A stretch of DNA of 64,000 nucleotides from the human T2T-CHM13v2.0 reference genome, Homo sapiens, in NCBI RefSeq assembly GCF_009914755.1, contig NC_060930.1, one strand, 5' to 3'. The notes below the pieces were generated by a model that saw only the letters and a program-made list of their open reading frames with translations, was not told where the DNA came from and did not search any database. The position numbers and the translations under genes were made by a program. Positions 25,860-40,149 of the stretch are shown here, piece by piece (the first letter of the stretch is position 1; the number at the start of each line of letters is the position of its first letter).

Positions 25860-26272
25860 AATGACTGGCAGATTTGGAGAAGGTTGAGAAGGCCAGTGTG
25901 GCTGAATTGAGAAGCTGAATGTGGGAACCAGGAGAAGTGAGGTTAGAGAGGTAACAGGGAAGCCAGATTATAAATCACATTATGGATCATAAACTTTTCC
26001 TTTAAGTGAGATAAGAATACATTGGAGAGTTTTGCACACAGAGTGTCACAATCTGACTTATAATAAGATCTCTCTGCATGTTTTGCTGTGAACAAACTTT
26101 ATGTAACAAGAGCAGAAGCAGTCAGAACAGTTGGGAGGCTACTGTTTTAATCCAAGCAAAAACAGAAATGATAGATTAGACCTGAGTGGTAGCAGCTTCA
26201 GTAAAAGAGAGAATTGGATTCTGCATATATCTTTGAAGTAGACTCTTCATATTACTGACAGGTAGAGTATGG
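25860..26272 (-). mobile_element. L2 fragment
   Basis: aaggccagtgtggctg...gaggttagagaggtaacagg...gggaggctactg...tggattctgcatatatctttgaagtaga. Confidence 0.75.
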
Positions 26273-27670
26273 TGCTTCCTCTTGTTCTTGGACTCAAACT
26301 TGATTCACAAACTTGAATGCAGATAATATTAGGGTCCATAATTGGTAAGGACATAAACAAAGACAGTGCTAGTAGCAGTACAATTAGTCTTAACAAGAGT
26401 AACAGATGTGCACATGACATTCTGAGATGCTGTCAAATTGGGGGACATTTTAAGAGCAAGTTATCAGATCAGTGCCACAGATCCTTGAGAGCATTAAGAC
26501 AATGGGACTATACAAATATAACAGGGCGTGAACAAAGAGTTCAGGAAAGTCTAACAAAAAATAGGCCAAAAAACCAAAAGCAACACGAAAACAAAAACAA
26601 TTTACACATGGAAAAACTGGAGGTGTTATCAGCAGCATATGGGACAGACCTAGGGAATCATGTGGTCAGTATCACAACCACAGATTACTACAGGTATATG
26701 ATACAGTAAATGAGTTTTTCAAGATCAATTGAAAGGTATAAGATTTAAGGACAATAGCCTCCATCAACAAAGGGTGGAATACTTACTAGTATGACAAATT
26801 TATGGGGTTAGGCAATAAGGAAAGGATATTAAAATTAAAGTATGTTGGAAATGTGTTAAAAAGACGAAGGTGGGGGCTCCAAGAATTTGTAAGAGAATAC
26901 AAAAAAAAAAAAAAAAAACAAAGGAAATGGGAGAAATCTCCAAAAAATAAAATTATCAAAATACAGCTCTTTGATTGTTTTGAAATGACCTGAGTTGGAT
27001 TCCAGGAATAAAAGCTAAATACAGAACTTACAAGTAAGGACAAGTAGCTGCTTTATGATGGGGTGAGGAAACAGGGACATTGGTTCAGGTAGTACAAAAG
27101 TTTTTCAAGGCATATGTGAATGAAAGTAGACCTTAAACATCTGAAAATAAAAGTAAAGAAAATATACAAAGAGTTATTCTCACACTACTTAACAAACAAA
27201 TTTGAAGTTACACGTGGAAAGAAAACAAAAAGGTAAAATAAAATTATTTTTTCACTTCTAAATTGAAAAACTGTGCTACATAATTTATACATTTAGGAAC
27301 TCTTAATCTGTTTTTTTTTCCAGAAAAACAGCGCTCATTAATTTCTGATGCTTTTTCCAATATTTTTTAATGTAGAAATACCCTTTCAAGACACAAAAGC
27401 ATAAGGTGAAAAAATAAAAAAAAAAAAAAAAGAAAGTACCCTGATTGAAGCAAGCATTTAAAATAAATAAGAGTCAGATCTTCTCTGCTTTATCTTTTTT
27501 CATATGGTGGCTCTGGAGGCATCTCAATCAACACTCAGAATTCTTGAAATACACATTAAAGTCACGATATGTCATCATGCTACTTACATTACAGTAAGCT
27601 GATATTGACAAAGCAATCAAAAGCAATAGGGAATGCAGCAGTTATAGGTCTCCCATCTTAAATTCCATTT

Positions 27671-28912
27671 TTAAAATTTATTTTTTATTTCATTAGGTTT
27701 TTAGGGGACAGATGGTGTTTGGTTACATGGATAAGTTTATTTAGTGGTGATTTCTGAGATTTTGGTGCACGCATCACCCAAGCAGCGCACACTGTACCCA
27801 ATGTGTAGTCTTTTAACCCTCACTTCCCTCCCACTCTTTCCTCAAAGTCCCCAAAGTCCTTTGTATCATTCTTATGCCTTTGCTTCCTCATAACTTAGCT
27901 CCCACTTGAGTGAGAAGACATAATGTTTGCTTTTTCCATTTCTGAGTTACTTCACTTAAAATAGTAGTCTCCAATTCCATCTAGGTCACTGTGAATGCCA
28001 TTATTTTGTTCCTTTTTATGGCTTACTAGTATTCCATGGTGTGTATATATATACATATACATATATATACACACATATACATATATATATATCATATCAC
28101 ATTTTATTTTTCCACTTGTTGATTGATGGGCATTTGGGCTGGTTTCATATTTTTTCAATTGTAAATTGTGCTGCTATAAACATGCATGTGCAAGTATCTT
28201 TTTCATATAATAACTTATTTTCCACAGGGTAGATACCCAGGAGTGGGTTTGCTGGATCAAATGGCAGATGTACTTTTAGTTCTCTAAGGAGTCTCTGTAT
28301 TGTATTTCATCGTGATTGTACTAAGTTACATTCCCACCAACAGTGTAAAAGTGTTCCCTTTTCACCACATTCATGCCAAAATCTATTTTTTTTTTATTTT
28401 TTGATTATGGCCATAAAAATTCTAGAAGATAACATCAGAAAAACCCTTCTAGACATTGACTTAGGCAAAGACTTCATGACCAAGAACCCAAAAGCAAATG
28501 CAACAAAAACAAAGATAAATAGATTGAACTTAAATAAACTAAATTAAACTAAAATGTTTCTGCACAGAAAATAATTATAATAATCAGTAGAGTTAACAGA
28601 CAACCCAGAGTGGAAGGAAACCTTCACAGATTTATACATCTGTGGATACTTTATTCACAGTCTATACATCTGACAAAGGATTAATATCCAGAATCTACAA
28701 AGAACATAAAGAAATCAGCAATAAAAACAAAACAAAACAAAACAATCTTATCAAAAAGTGGGCTAAGGACATAAATAGACAATTTGCAAAAGAATGTATT
28801 CAAATGGCCAGCAAGCATATGTAAAAATGCCTAACATCACTAATGATCATGGAAATGCAAATCAAAATAACAATGCCATACCACCTTACTCCTGCAAGAA
28901 TGGCCATAATCA
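27671..28912 (-). mobile_element. L1PB1-like element with 5' inversion
   Basis: Antisense 3' UTR 27671-28414 (tagtggtgatttctgagattttggtgcac), then sense ORF2 piece 28415-28914; candidate TSD aattccattt (27661) / aattctatct (28913). Confidence 0.9.
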
Positions 28913-30027
28913 AATTCTATCTTAATATAGATTAATTTAGTTGAATACTACTGGTATCTCATGCCATCTTTAAATTAATCTTATATCCATCTTTTATATT
29001 CTCTCTCATGTTCAGAAGGACAATTAAGTTTATCTAAATAAAATGGCCTTCTAATAGAAGTGTTCTGAATATGAGCTTTATTTATAATTTAGGTAATATA
29101 TTTCTGCATTATAAAATAAATGAATAAATGCTTCTTTTAATCTTATGTGCTATTAATATCTTTATACTATTAATATGATCATCTGAAATAGGTCAATGTA
29201 ATTCTAGAACTCTTTAAACATGCTTATATATGTGTGTGCATGCATATATTAATATATCTACACATTTAGTTTAATATCTCAGTGAACTAGAAGTTTTTGA
29301 TAGAACTAAAGACTGAACTAGGAAGAATGTAAGTTAAATGACCAGAATTTTATATAATTGCAAATTAGGACTTTATATAATTGCAAACTACTTTATATTA
29401 TCTCAAATTATGGTATTTGAAATAATCGGGAAACGAATGAGTAGTCTATTTTTAATGACCACTTCTCTAGTACAGTCCTCTTTTACAGACTCTACTTAAT
29501 GATTCCCTATAGTTAAAACAACCCTTTGATCGAATAAACTATACTTTTATCCTCCTATGCTTTCTCTACTTTTATGAAATCTAATCATTTCAATACTGAT
29601 TTTCATTATTTTTCCTTAATTTCCTCTAAACTTTCCTTTACCCATCTTTATCACCTATTGTCATTGCTTATGTTCTTAACAATTATTCTATTGTGCAAAA
29701 ATTGCCTCAAAGTCAAAATGCCACGTTATTTATCTTTAATCTCTAATTCTTCCTTCATCTCTTCATTTTTACTTTTCAAATTTTTAATAATATAATAGTT
29801 TTATTTTTAGTTTAAGCTTCAACACCTTCAACTTTGTGAACCGTCAGAATTTTTAGTTCTACTAAAAGTCAATCTCCCAACACTCACTGAAACTTTTTTA
29901 CTTTTTTAATGTTTTTAATTTTAATAAGTGATATACGGTTTGAATATACTCTTTTACTATGTATGAAGCCTCATTTTGGAAGGTGGGTTTTTGTGTTAAT
30001 TTTCATACACACTCAAATATATTTTAA

Positions 30028-30384
<357 letters not shown>

Positions 30385-30696
30385 AACAATCTTTCTTAAA
30401 TGAATGTAACATTGCAGAGCTTATAAGTTAAATTCAGCACAATGGCTTCAAGTTTCCTCTAATATGAAGTTACTCCTGGGAGGCAACTAATCTAGTTTCT
30501 GATTTTTTTTCACTGACAATTGGGCTTACTCTGAACTTTAAACTATCTCAGTCAGCTACAGCAAAAGCCTTTGAGTAAATGAGGCTTTCCATATTCACCA
30601 GATAATTCATGCCAACTCAGCCTTAGTAGCTCACTTCCCTGTATCCTTATTCTCAAATCCAAGTTGTCTTCCCTCTTCTCTAATTACAAAATCTGT

Positions 30697-30995
<299 letters not shown>

Positions 30996-31549
30996 AATTA
31001 CAAAATTTTTCTACCTTCTAACCCACTCTCAAAGTATTCCCTCCAACCAAAAAAAAATCTTTCTATTTTTTATTTTATTCAATGGTAAATACACTTTCTA
31101 CCACTTCAAATATTTAACTGAATAGTCTCTTGGTCTCTTTGAATTATAGAACAAGAAATCAGAATTTGAGGAAATTTTTCCTTTTTTCCATATGCCACAT
31201 TTGATGTTCATTGCTTTTATATTGAAATGCTACGTTCTCCCTCTCTGAAACATCATTTTGCTTTGAGAACAACTCCATCCATGTTCTAACACTTTTTGTA
31301 ATTACAAACTATAAATCCTCCAGTCATGCCTTCTCATTCGCTGAAAACTTTGAAATGGGCTATGTCTTCCATTTTCCATCTCCTTTGACAGAAACAGTAT
31401 TCTTACATATAATCTACTCAGTACCTCAAATTCTCTCTTCTCTCTCTCTTTTTCGTACTTCTGGATTCAAATTATTGTTACCTAAATTTCACTTTATCCA
31501 CTCACTCCAAGAGTCATATCCAGGATGGGTTAACACTGATAATTGTTCC

Positions 31550-32530
31550 AAGAAATATCTCATCCATTTATGAAGAAAATAAATTTAATTGACTCATAGT
31601 TCTGCAGGCTTAACTGGAAGCATGACTGGGAGGTGTCAGGAAACTTACAATCACGACAGAAGGCCAAACTTTTATGCTCTGCTTCCCTTTTAAATATAAG
31701 TTCCAACTTCAGACCATCTCTTTCTTCACACATATAAATATTACTTTTAGAAACACCCATGTCACATCTTGAATGCTTCAGTGCTCAGAAATTTCTTCTG
31801 CCAGATACCCTAAAGTATCTCTCTCAGGTTCATAGTTCCACAGATCTCTATGTTAGGGGCAAAATGTCACCAGTCTCTTTGCTAAAGAACAGCAAGGGTG
31901 ATCTTTACTCCAGTTCCCAATAAGTTCCTATCTCCATCTGAGACCATCTCATCCTGGACTTCATTGTCGATATCACTATCAGCATTTTGGTCAAAACCAT
32001 TCAGCAAGTCTCTAGGAAGTTACAAACTTCCCTACATCTTTCTGTCTTTTTCTGAGCCCTCCAAACTGTTTCAACCTCTGCCTGTTTCCCAGTTCCAAAG
32101 TCATTTTCACATTTTCAGGTATCTTTATAGCAGTGCCCCTCTCTCCCAGTACCAATTTTCTATATTAGTTTGTTCTCACACCATTATAAAGAACTACCTG
32201 AGACTGGATAATTTATGAAGAAAAGAGGTTTAATTGACTCACAGTTCTGCAGGCTTAACAGGAATTATTACTGGGAGGCCTCAGAAAACTTACAATCATG
32301 GCAGAAGGTGAAGGGGAAGCAAGCATGTCTTACCATGGTGGAGCAGGTGAGAGAGAGTAAAGGAAGAAGTTCCATACACTTTCAAACAACCAGATCTCAT
32401 GAGAACTCACTCACTATCATGAGAACAGCAGGAGGGAAGTCTGCCCCCATGATTCAATCACCTCTCACTAGGCCCCTCCTCTGACACATGGGGATTACGA
32501 TTTGACAAGATTTAGCGCCAAACCATATCA
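31550..32530 (-). mobile_element. MSTA MaLR remnant: 3' LTR fragment, 5' part of internal region, 5' LTR (32161-32530)
   Basis: Two copies of ttaattgactca(c/t)agttctgcaggcttaac; the internal region ends ...ccagtaccaattttc at the LTR junction; the LTR ends aaaccatatca. Confidence 0.88.
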
Positions 32531-32869
32531 TTTAGTAATTATTTTAAAATGTTTTATGAAATGTAAATGATCAAATTTTCTTGTCAATTGTACCATGATT
32601 GTAATGAACTCTCATCAGATCTTTAACCATCACTGTTTTAAGTCTTATCATTTACAGATGATTAATTGTTTACTCTGGTACTTTCCTGAGCAACTGTAAG
32701 TCTAAAATGTTTCATTTTCAAGGAGATTCATGGAAAGAACTCTGAAAGGTACAGGTTTCTAATAACTTTAATATCATACCATTGGACTGGGTAAGAATTT
32801 TCAGCAATCTAAGGAAGAAACTAATTGGTTCAGAAAACTGCTAACCCAACATCAAGCAGCAGAAGAAAA

Positions 32870-33515
32870 ACAAATGCCTTGGCAGATTTCATGCTGTCAG
32901 CCAGTACTGAAATTGTTAAGATACGAAATTTGAAAGAGCTCCATAACAGTGATTCAGATCAGATTACCTATGATATCCTATTTAATAAACAGTGCCATGC
33001 ACCTGAATTGGAGAAACAAAATTGGTATTTTAAAAACTGTAGATTCTATGCTAAGTGTGAAATTATGGAGAGCCTGGGAAGCTGTCTGTTTCTTCCTAAG
33101 CCTGTGAAGCTTCCATTGTTAAAAGCTCTGTACACTACGACTCATCATGGATTAAATAAAATGATACTACATATAAAGGAAGAAAGTTGGTGATTACTTT
33201 GTAAAAATTATTAAAGTGGTTTTTAACCAATGTTTGGTTTGCCAAGTTCATAATTCTGTTAAGACAATAAAAACCTCAGGTAATATATTTATAGCACCTG
33301 ATGGAACATTTCAACACATACAGATGGACTTCAGTCAATTGCCATTTTCAGTTCCTGTTTTCTGGTTGTATAGAAGCTTTCCTGTGCAGGAAGACCAGTG
33401 CTATCATAGTAGCTACCAAGATATTAAAAATGTGCTCTCTTTATGGGGCATCCCTAGAGGTATCTTCAGAAATGGAGGTACTCATTTTACTGGACAAGTT
33501 ATAAAAAAACTTTAA
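32870..33515 (+). pseudogene. ERV pol remnant (RNase H end and integrase)
   Basis: NALADF; zinc-finger remnant (TTTHHG...CLVCQVHN); FQHIQMDFSQLP; WGIPRGIFRNGGTHFTGQVIK; frameshifted. Confidence 0.88.
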
Positions 33516-33763
33516 AAAAGTATTACAAACACAATAGCATTAGGCAAAATGAACTGAATTGACTGTATTGCTTTGGTCAAAGATATTATGGATTAATGGC
33601 AATTATATCCAGTTCCACTACAAAATGCAGAATAAAATAGTTACTCTAAGGCCTATTCTTCTAATAGTAAAACTCCATGTATCTCCCAATCTTATATACT
33701 CTAGCAAGTCTCAATAGTGTAAAGCTTTAATGCCTTATACCAAAGTATATTTTCCGCAGGCGA

Positions 33764-33833
33764 AATGGAATATTCTCCCATTGTACAATGAGAATATTCT
33801 CCCATTGTACAATGGGAATATACTCCCATTGTA
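33764..33833. repeat. 24-bp tandem repeat (~2.9 copies) built of palindromes
   Basis: Unit gaatattctcccattgtacaatg(a/g) starts at 33768, 33792 and 33816. Confidence 0.95.
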
Positions 33834-34812
33834 ACACAGAACCTGGAGAGTGAGTCTTTCGCAAAAAGAAAAACAACATAGAAGAACTGCCCTTGAACTC
33901 CATTGGCAGGGACCATAGCAACTTCTCTGTTACGAAATTCAGGCCTGGAGTCCTGAATCCACATCTCTCAACTCAAGAGAGCCCCTTCACACCCTTGATA
34001 CTAGGTACTATACACCTATTAAAGACCTCAAGGAAAGGCTGACCAGGAAATTTTTTTTTTTTCCAGTAGCAGATTGTATCCAAGGCATGGACAGCTTTCC
34101 CAAGATAATGGATTAAGGCTTCTCTCCTTTGTCATCATGAAACCCTTTTCTCTTTTCTCTGTGTTTATTTTTGGTTTATATATGGCAAGTTAATGCAATA
34201 ATTTAGATTTTATAATTGATAGCTTCCTCAGCTAAGTTAACTGAATATTGGCTATATCATGTAAAACTTAAATTCTTACATGAATCTTAGAGATTCTCAG
34301 ATTCACCCTTTAACAAATTGTACTGATATTACAAGTATAATATCTGGTCCTTTGTATAGGGTTAGGCTTTTAGATTCACATACTAAGATTCCTCATTTAA
34401 ATCTAACAGTAGGCAAAACCTACTGAGTTTTTTGAGTGTTTTGCAGTGAAATTATGCCAGACATTACATAAGAAAAGCAAAAGAAAGATAATTTGACAGT
34501 TTATAGAAAAATTTATAACCTTAATCTCTTAATTATCAATTATCGTGTTATCCAACTGTACAATAATTCAATAATGGAGTCTTAGACAAATACTATTAGT
34601 GCTTCCCTACTGGTGACCCCTAATGCACAAGGCATCCTACAGAGAACTGTCTGTTGTTACCCTCCAGGATGTATCTTTATCTGTGGAGGATGTAACAATC
34701 AATGATACATGTCTCAAATGTGAAAAATAAGAGTTCTATGTAGATTTGGGATTCTAAAGGTACCACTGTCACCCCATAACCAACTGCAAACTGAACACCT
34801 CAAAATTTATAC

Positions 34813-35370
34813 CATAGAATAAAGTGAGATTTGCCAGCAGGCATAAATCATTCTAAAGGGGATTTTTTTGGTAGAATGCTCCTTCTTTGGTTTGGCATAA
34901 AAGTAAATGAGGTTATGATTAGAAATATGTATCAAACATGATCTACTATAGCTGAATCTACTGCAAAGCTATAGTTGCCCAGAAAACTTCTTTAAATTCT
35001 CTTGCTAACATTATCTTAGATAACAAGATTGTTTTAGACTACTTTGGCTGAACAAGGGGGAGTGTGTAATAGCTAACACCTCCTGTTACACTTGGATAAA
35101 TACATCTGGTATGGCAGAAACTCGGCTGCAAGAAATCAACAAACAAGCTACTTGGTTAAAACAAGTAGATTTCTCTCATGGCTCATTTTTGATATATTTG
35201 ATTTTGATCAGCTCAGTTCAAGGGGGCTCCTGTTAAGGAGTATACTTCAGTCTCTTAGCATTATCCTCCTGATAGGCAACATAAGGGTCTCCCTCGTGCA
35301 TCATATCGTCTCAAGAGTCTTAAACGCTCATATGCTGCCATCTGTTAAATGTCAGATGGTCTATGGTTAG
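34813..35370 (+). pseudogene. ERV env TM remnant
   Basis: Furin site RIK* (CGA>TGA) at ~34816, immunosuppressive domain LDNKIVLDY, then LAEQGGVC..IANTSCYTWINTSG (CX6CC remnant) and hydrophobic TM LQSLSIILLIG; multiple frameshifts. Confidence 0.85.
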
Positions 35371-35521
35371 AATAATGATGACACAAAGACGACATAAAGA
35401 AACATTCAACTGACCTGATGTGGAGAATTGTGAATTCTATACTGAGGCCAACAGAAAGTGCATTAATGACCAAGGTTTTAATCGATCTCTCAAAATTGAG
35501 AGGCTGACCAAAAGGAGGAAA

Positions 35522-35894
35522 TAGTTAATTAAATTTGCCCTAACGCTGTGTCTGTGTATAGCAAATTTTAACCTAACTTAGTATGTAAACCATTTGTAAC
35601 CTAATTTAAGAGTATATTCTTGTAACAAGTAGCTGAATCCTAGCTGCAAAGCTTTCAGACAATCACAGGCTGCCAAATGACCAGACCATGTCCATAGAAA
35701 GCAAATGCTAAGCTGGAAAATCAAGCTGTTTCCTTATGTTACTTCCCTTTTCCATCTATAAATACTGTCTACCCATGTTGCTGTGTGGAGCTCTCTGAAC
35801 TTTTACTGGTTCAGAGTGCTGACCAACTCATGAATTGTTTCATTGCTCCAGTATGCTCTGCTAAAGTAAATTTGTCAAAAATTTTTCTTTTAAC
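35522..35894 (+). mobile_element. MER57-family LTR (3' LTR of the ERV)
   Basis: ttaattaaatttgccctaacgctg...aacctaacttagtatgtaaac...aatttgtcaaaaatttttcttttaac, directly after the PPT. Confidence 0.8.
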
Positions 35895-35895
35895 T

Positions 35896-36137
35896 CATGT
35901 CATTATATGTTTTCCCAAATCTAGAATGTACAACACCAAGAATAAACCGTAATGTAAACGATGGACTATAGGCAATTATAATGTGTCTTTTTAGTTTTAT
36001 CATTTGTGACAAATGTACTATTCTGCTGGGGATGTTGACAGTGGAAGTGAGTGTACATGTGAAGGGGCAGAGCAATGTGGGAAACCTCTGTACTTTCTTC
36101 TTAATTTTTTGGGGGACCTACAATGGTTCTAAAAAAT
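35896..36137 (+). mobile_element. L1MC-like 3' end
   Basis: tagaatgtacaacaccaagaataaaccgtaatgtaaac...tgggaaacctctgtactttc. Confidence 0.8.
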
Positions 36138-36147
36138 ATCATCTTAA

Positions 36148-36448
<301 letters not shown>

Positions 36449-36749
36449 TTAAAACAAAACTAAGACCTTTCTTTGAGCAGGGCTCAGTCTCTGACTGAAG
36501 GCTTTTATTCTATTTTTATATATGTTTTATTTTATTTTACCCTTCAAACAAAGGTTATTAGGTCTAGCTTAACTGCAGTTAGGCTAGGCAGGGTCTTTCT
36601 TCTCAGCTCTCCTGTGCCTCTTCTAGCTGCAGATTGCTGTTGCTTTCTGCTCCTATTTCTACTCTTGTTGTCCTACAATCTATTCTCCATATAACAATGA
36701 ATTTAATGCATTTTAATTATAATATCTTGTCTATGTATATTAGGAATAT

Positions 36750-37090
36750 TCTTCCACTAATTATCTGTGTAGCTAATCTCCCGCCTCCTTTAAGTTTTTC
36801 TGAAGTCTTATCCCAATAGAAGGTCACCTGGTCATCATATTTAAAATTGGAACTACTCTCCTTCTCATTCCCATGGGTATCACTCTCCTTGTTTATCCTA
36901 TAGCTCTTTAATCTTCTAACATACTGTACATATTGTTTATTTATTATATCTATTATTTATTGTTGAAGTGTTCTCACTAGAATGACAGTGCAATGAAGGC
37001 AGATATACTTTTTATTTACTGATATAAGCATCCCAAAAAGTGCTTGACACAGAGTAGATTTTCAATAAATATTTGTTAAATAAATTAATA
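36750..37090 (+). mobile_element. L2a 3' end
   Basis: cactagaatg...gtgcttgacacagagtagattttcaataaatatttgttaaataaat. Confidence 0.75.
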
Positions 37091-37317
37091 CATGAAAACA
37101 TTATTATCTCATGAAGGAATCTTTAGTAAATAGAATCTCTCCATGACTGGAGGGATCAGGATCAAAAGCCTGATAGTTGCAGAATTACCTAGCTAAAAAA
37201 CAAGGTATGTAAGACTTGGAGAGGTGGAAGAAAACAGAAAAAATCCTAAAACAAATTTTAAAATCTTATATACCTTTTGTTCTCAATAGTAATATTTAGA
37301 GCTGATTTTTAAAGAAA

Positions 37318-37672
37318 TATATTTTATTTTAAATTGACATAATTTTGTATTTATTGTGTATAATATGATGTTGTGAGGTGTATATATATTGTAGAATGGA
37401 TAAATCTAAGTAACTAAAATATGCATTACCTCACATAGATATTTTGGTGGTGAGAACATTTAACATCTATTCTCTTAGCATTTTTCAAGAATAACATAAA
37501 GTATCATTAACTATAAGCAAAAGTGCTGTACAATAGATTTTTGAACTTATTCTATCTGTCTACTTGTAATTCTGTATTCTTTGACCACCATTTTTTTAAC
37601 CCACACTCTGCCTAATCACCCAGTTTCTGGTAACTACCATTTGATGACTTCTATAAAATTAACTTTTTTAGG
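37318..37672 (-). mobile_element. L1MA (older) 3' end
   Basis: atatgcattacctcacatag...ggtgagaacatttaacatctattctcttagcatttttcaagaata. Confidence 0.8.
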
Positions 37673-37785
37673 GTTTATTTTTTAAATAATATTAGTCCTA
37701 ACATCCAGCAAAATACAAAATACAAAAATATAGAGTTATATTTAATTTTTACCAGAAAATTATATGCACAATGTATAAAAATAAA

Positions 37786-37902
37786 TATGGATGTGTGTAT
37801 ATATATGTATATGGATGTGTATATATATATACGCACACACATGTATATATATGTGTGTATATATATACACACACACAAAACGAATGTGTGCATGTGTGTA
37901 TG
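37786..37902. repeat. Compound (TA/TG/CA) low-complexity microsatellite
   Basis: Direct inspection. Confidence 0.85.
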
Positions 37903-39721
37903 TAATGTAAAGGCAATAGTGAAACTAATTTTTCTAAACTGGAGTTATTGCATCTTTTTAGGTCATCACAATTTTTAATGAGTTTTGAAATTTTACACAT
38001 CACCAAAATTTAAAAATACCTAGTATTTTATAAACTAAAATATTTGTTTTCAAAAGTAAGTTTTTTTGTGGTATATTTTAATATTGACAATAATAATGGC
38101 AGATAGGCATTTAATTTGAAAAAAGAAAACTAAATTACTATTTGCCATATAATATTCATTTATTTATCTTAACTTCCCCTATAATTTAGAAGTAAATCTA
38201 TTTACATTGGGTTTATCTTATAAAGTTAGATCAACAATTTTATGTTGTATAAAGGCATTCTTAAATAAGGCACAGAGAAAAATTATAAAATGTATACAAG
38301 CCAACAAGCCGTTCGTTTTATTCCATGGATAAAGTGAATGCAATACTTTGACATCTGCGTTGTACAACTAGGCCTACATGGATGTATCAGTACTAGCAAT
38401 TCATTCTGTACTAATACAGCCACTTGGGGGTAAAATAGTCACATAAGTAATGTTCACAGTTTTTTAGAGAACTTGCTGGATTATAAGGTGGAAGGGATGA
38501 AGGAAATCTGATTTTTTTAGTCTGCTGTCTCATAATATTGATAATATAGGTTAAAAGAAGTTATTTGATATATTTAACTTTTCATTGTAGAAGGTGTCAT
38601 CTTAAGAACTTATGATGTTGAATATAGATTTTCTAGTCACATAATTGAATTGCAAAAAATTTGTTGGTAAGCATATTTGTGCCTTAGATTAATAAATTAA
38701 CCATTTTCTTATTTAATTATATACTCTATTTTTCCTATTTAATTATATACTCTAAAATATTAATGAAATTAAAATTTGTTTATCACAATACATTTATTGT
38801 ATACTTCTTTCTTTTATTCTTTCTATTAACTTCCAAGAAATAAGCATAGGTTTTTAATTTTGCACCAGGTATCTATAGGTTTTTGCTATTTTTATTACCC
38901 AGACACTGAAAGAGTTAGAAATGGGGTAAATCATTTAAAAATAATTTGAAGAGAGTTGAACAACCAAAATGTCAGCATGTCCAAATCTTTTTTAATGTGC
39001 AATTTGATATTTAATATTACATTGGTATTTGACAGAATATCCTTAATATAAATAACCAAAATATATTCAGATGGAGTTTGATCAACCAGATTCATTGCCT
39101 TTCCATTTTTTAAAATAATTTTTAATACAGTCAGTCTCTGGAAGAGGCTGCACACTGGAGAGACAGCCTATAATGGAATATTCATGTCTGCTCTTTCATT
39201 CTCTTTCCCTCAAGATTCTCACAAACAATAACTAGGAATAATACCCTTCTTTCAGACAGCTCATGCCTAGAAGGATAAACACACATAATGATTTAAGCAT
39301 CAGCCTACAATGCTACTGCATTATAGAGAGTAGCATCTTAACAGTTTATGGTCATTCTGAATAGACCCTGAGAACAAAAAAGTGACATGTTAGCTTAGGA
39401 CCTAGTTATTTTCTTGACATAGGCATTGTGAAAGAAGGACATTTAGCAGTTTCTGATTAAATAATATAATTAATGATTTTCAGAATGTTACATAATTTAC
39501 TTTAAAAATTTTTGTAATTTTCAGAAACTAGAGGATTTTACAAGATGAATTTACATAGAAGACAGATGGCTTCATAACAAGTGCCTCCTACATCATTGCC
39601 CGTAGCATTATAAGAAAATAAGTCATGATTAAATTTTGTCTAATTCACAATGTTCAAAATAATTGTTAGAATTAGAAATTTGACTGTTGAAGATTTTAAA
39701 ATAATTTCAGAATATATAATC

Positions 39722-40142
39722 TGTTAAAAGAAAAATGTTGGAATACTACATTTAATAGAATTTAATTGAGCAAGAGAAAAGAAAAGAAAAAATTCACAAA
39801 TCGGGCATGTCCCAGAATCAGAATAGATTCAGATAGACTCCCAGGACTGTCGCATGGTCAAATATTTATTAATAGAAAAAGTAAAGTAACATATAGAAAA
39901 TGGAAGATTGGTTACAGCTCAGCATTTGACTTATTTTAGCACAGTTTGAACATTTGGCCATCTGTGAGTGGTTGAAGTATGGCTGCTGTGATTGGCTAAG
40001 ACTCCACTATTATTACAGCAGCATTCTCCTAAATCAGGTTTTTAGTTTGCTGCCCTACTAAGTTAGGCTGTGGTTTGTACATAAGATCTCAAGTATGTGA
40101 GCATGGAAGCCTTTTCAGGCAAAATTTTAGTTTGATTTAACA
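39722..40142 (-). mobile_element. MER57-family ERV1 solo LTR
   Basis: tgttaaaagaaaa...ggctgctgtgattggctaagactc...tttagtttgatttaaca; TG...CA termini. Confidence 0.75.
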
Positions 40143-40149
40143 AATCTAT

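Larger units (their letters stand above)
32531..35521 (+). mobile_element. Class I ERV internal region (MER57-int/MER4 group), 5'-truncated
   Basis: pol and env remnants, then polypurine tract aaaaggaggaaa immediately before the LTR. Confidence 0.85.

Noticed and set aside
26317-26709. 130-aa ORF with faint CR1/L3-like nucleotide similarity near 26425-26510
   Set aside because: Low-complexity A-rich composition; similarity too weak to call
29349-29387. Short tandem duplications (also ~38710-38754, ~55094-55122, ~22753-22790)
   Set aside because: Ordinary slippage products of 15-27 bp period
33764-33833. Palindromic 24-bp repeats as a CRISPR-like array
   Set aside because: Head-to-tail copies without spacers, in a primate ERV
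34100-35370. ERV env as a domesticated syncytin/HEMO-like gene
   Set aside because: Stop at the furin site and frameshifts through the ISD/CX6CC region
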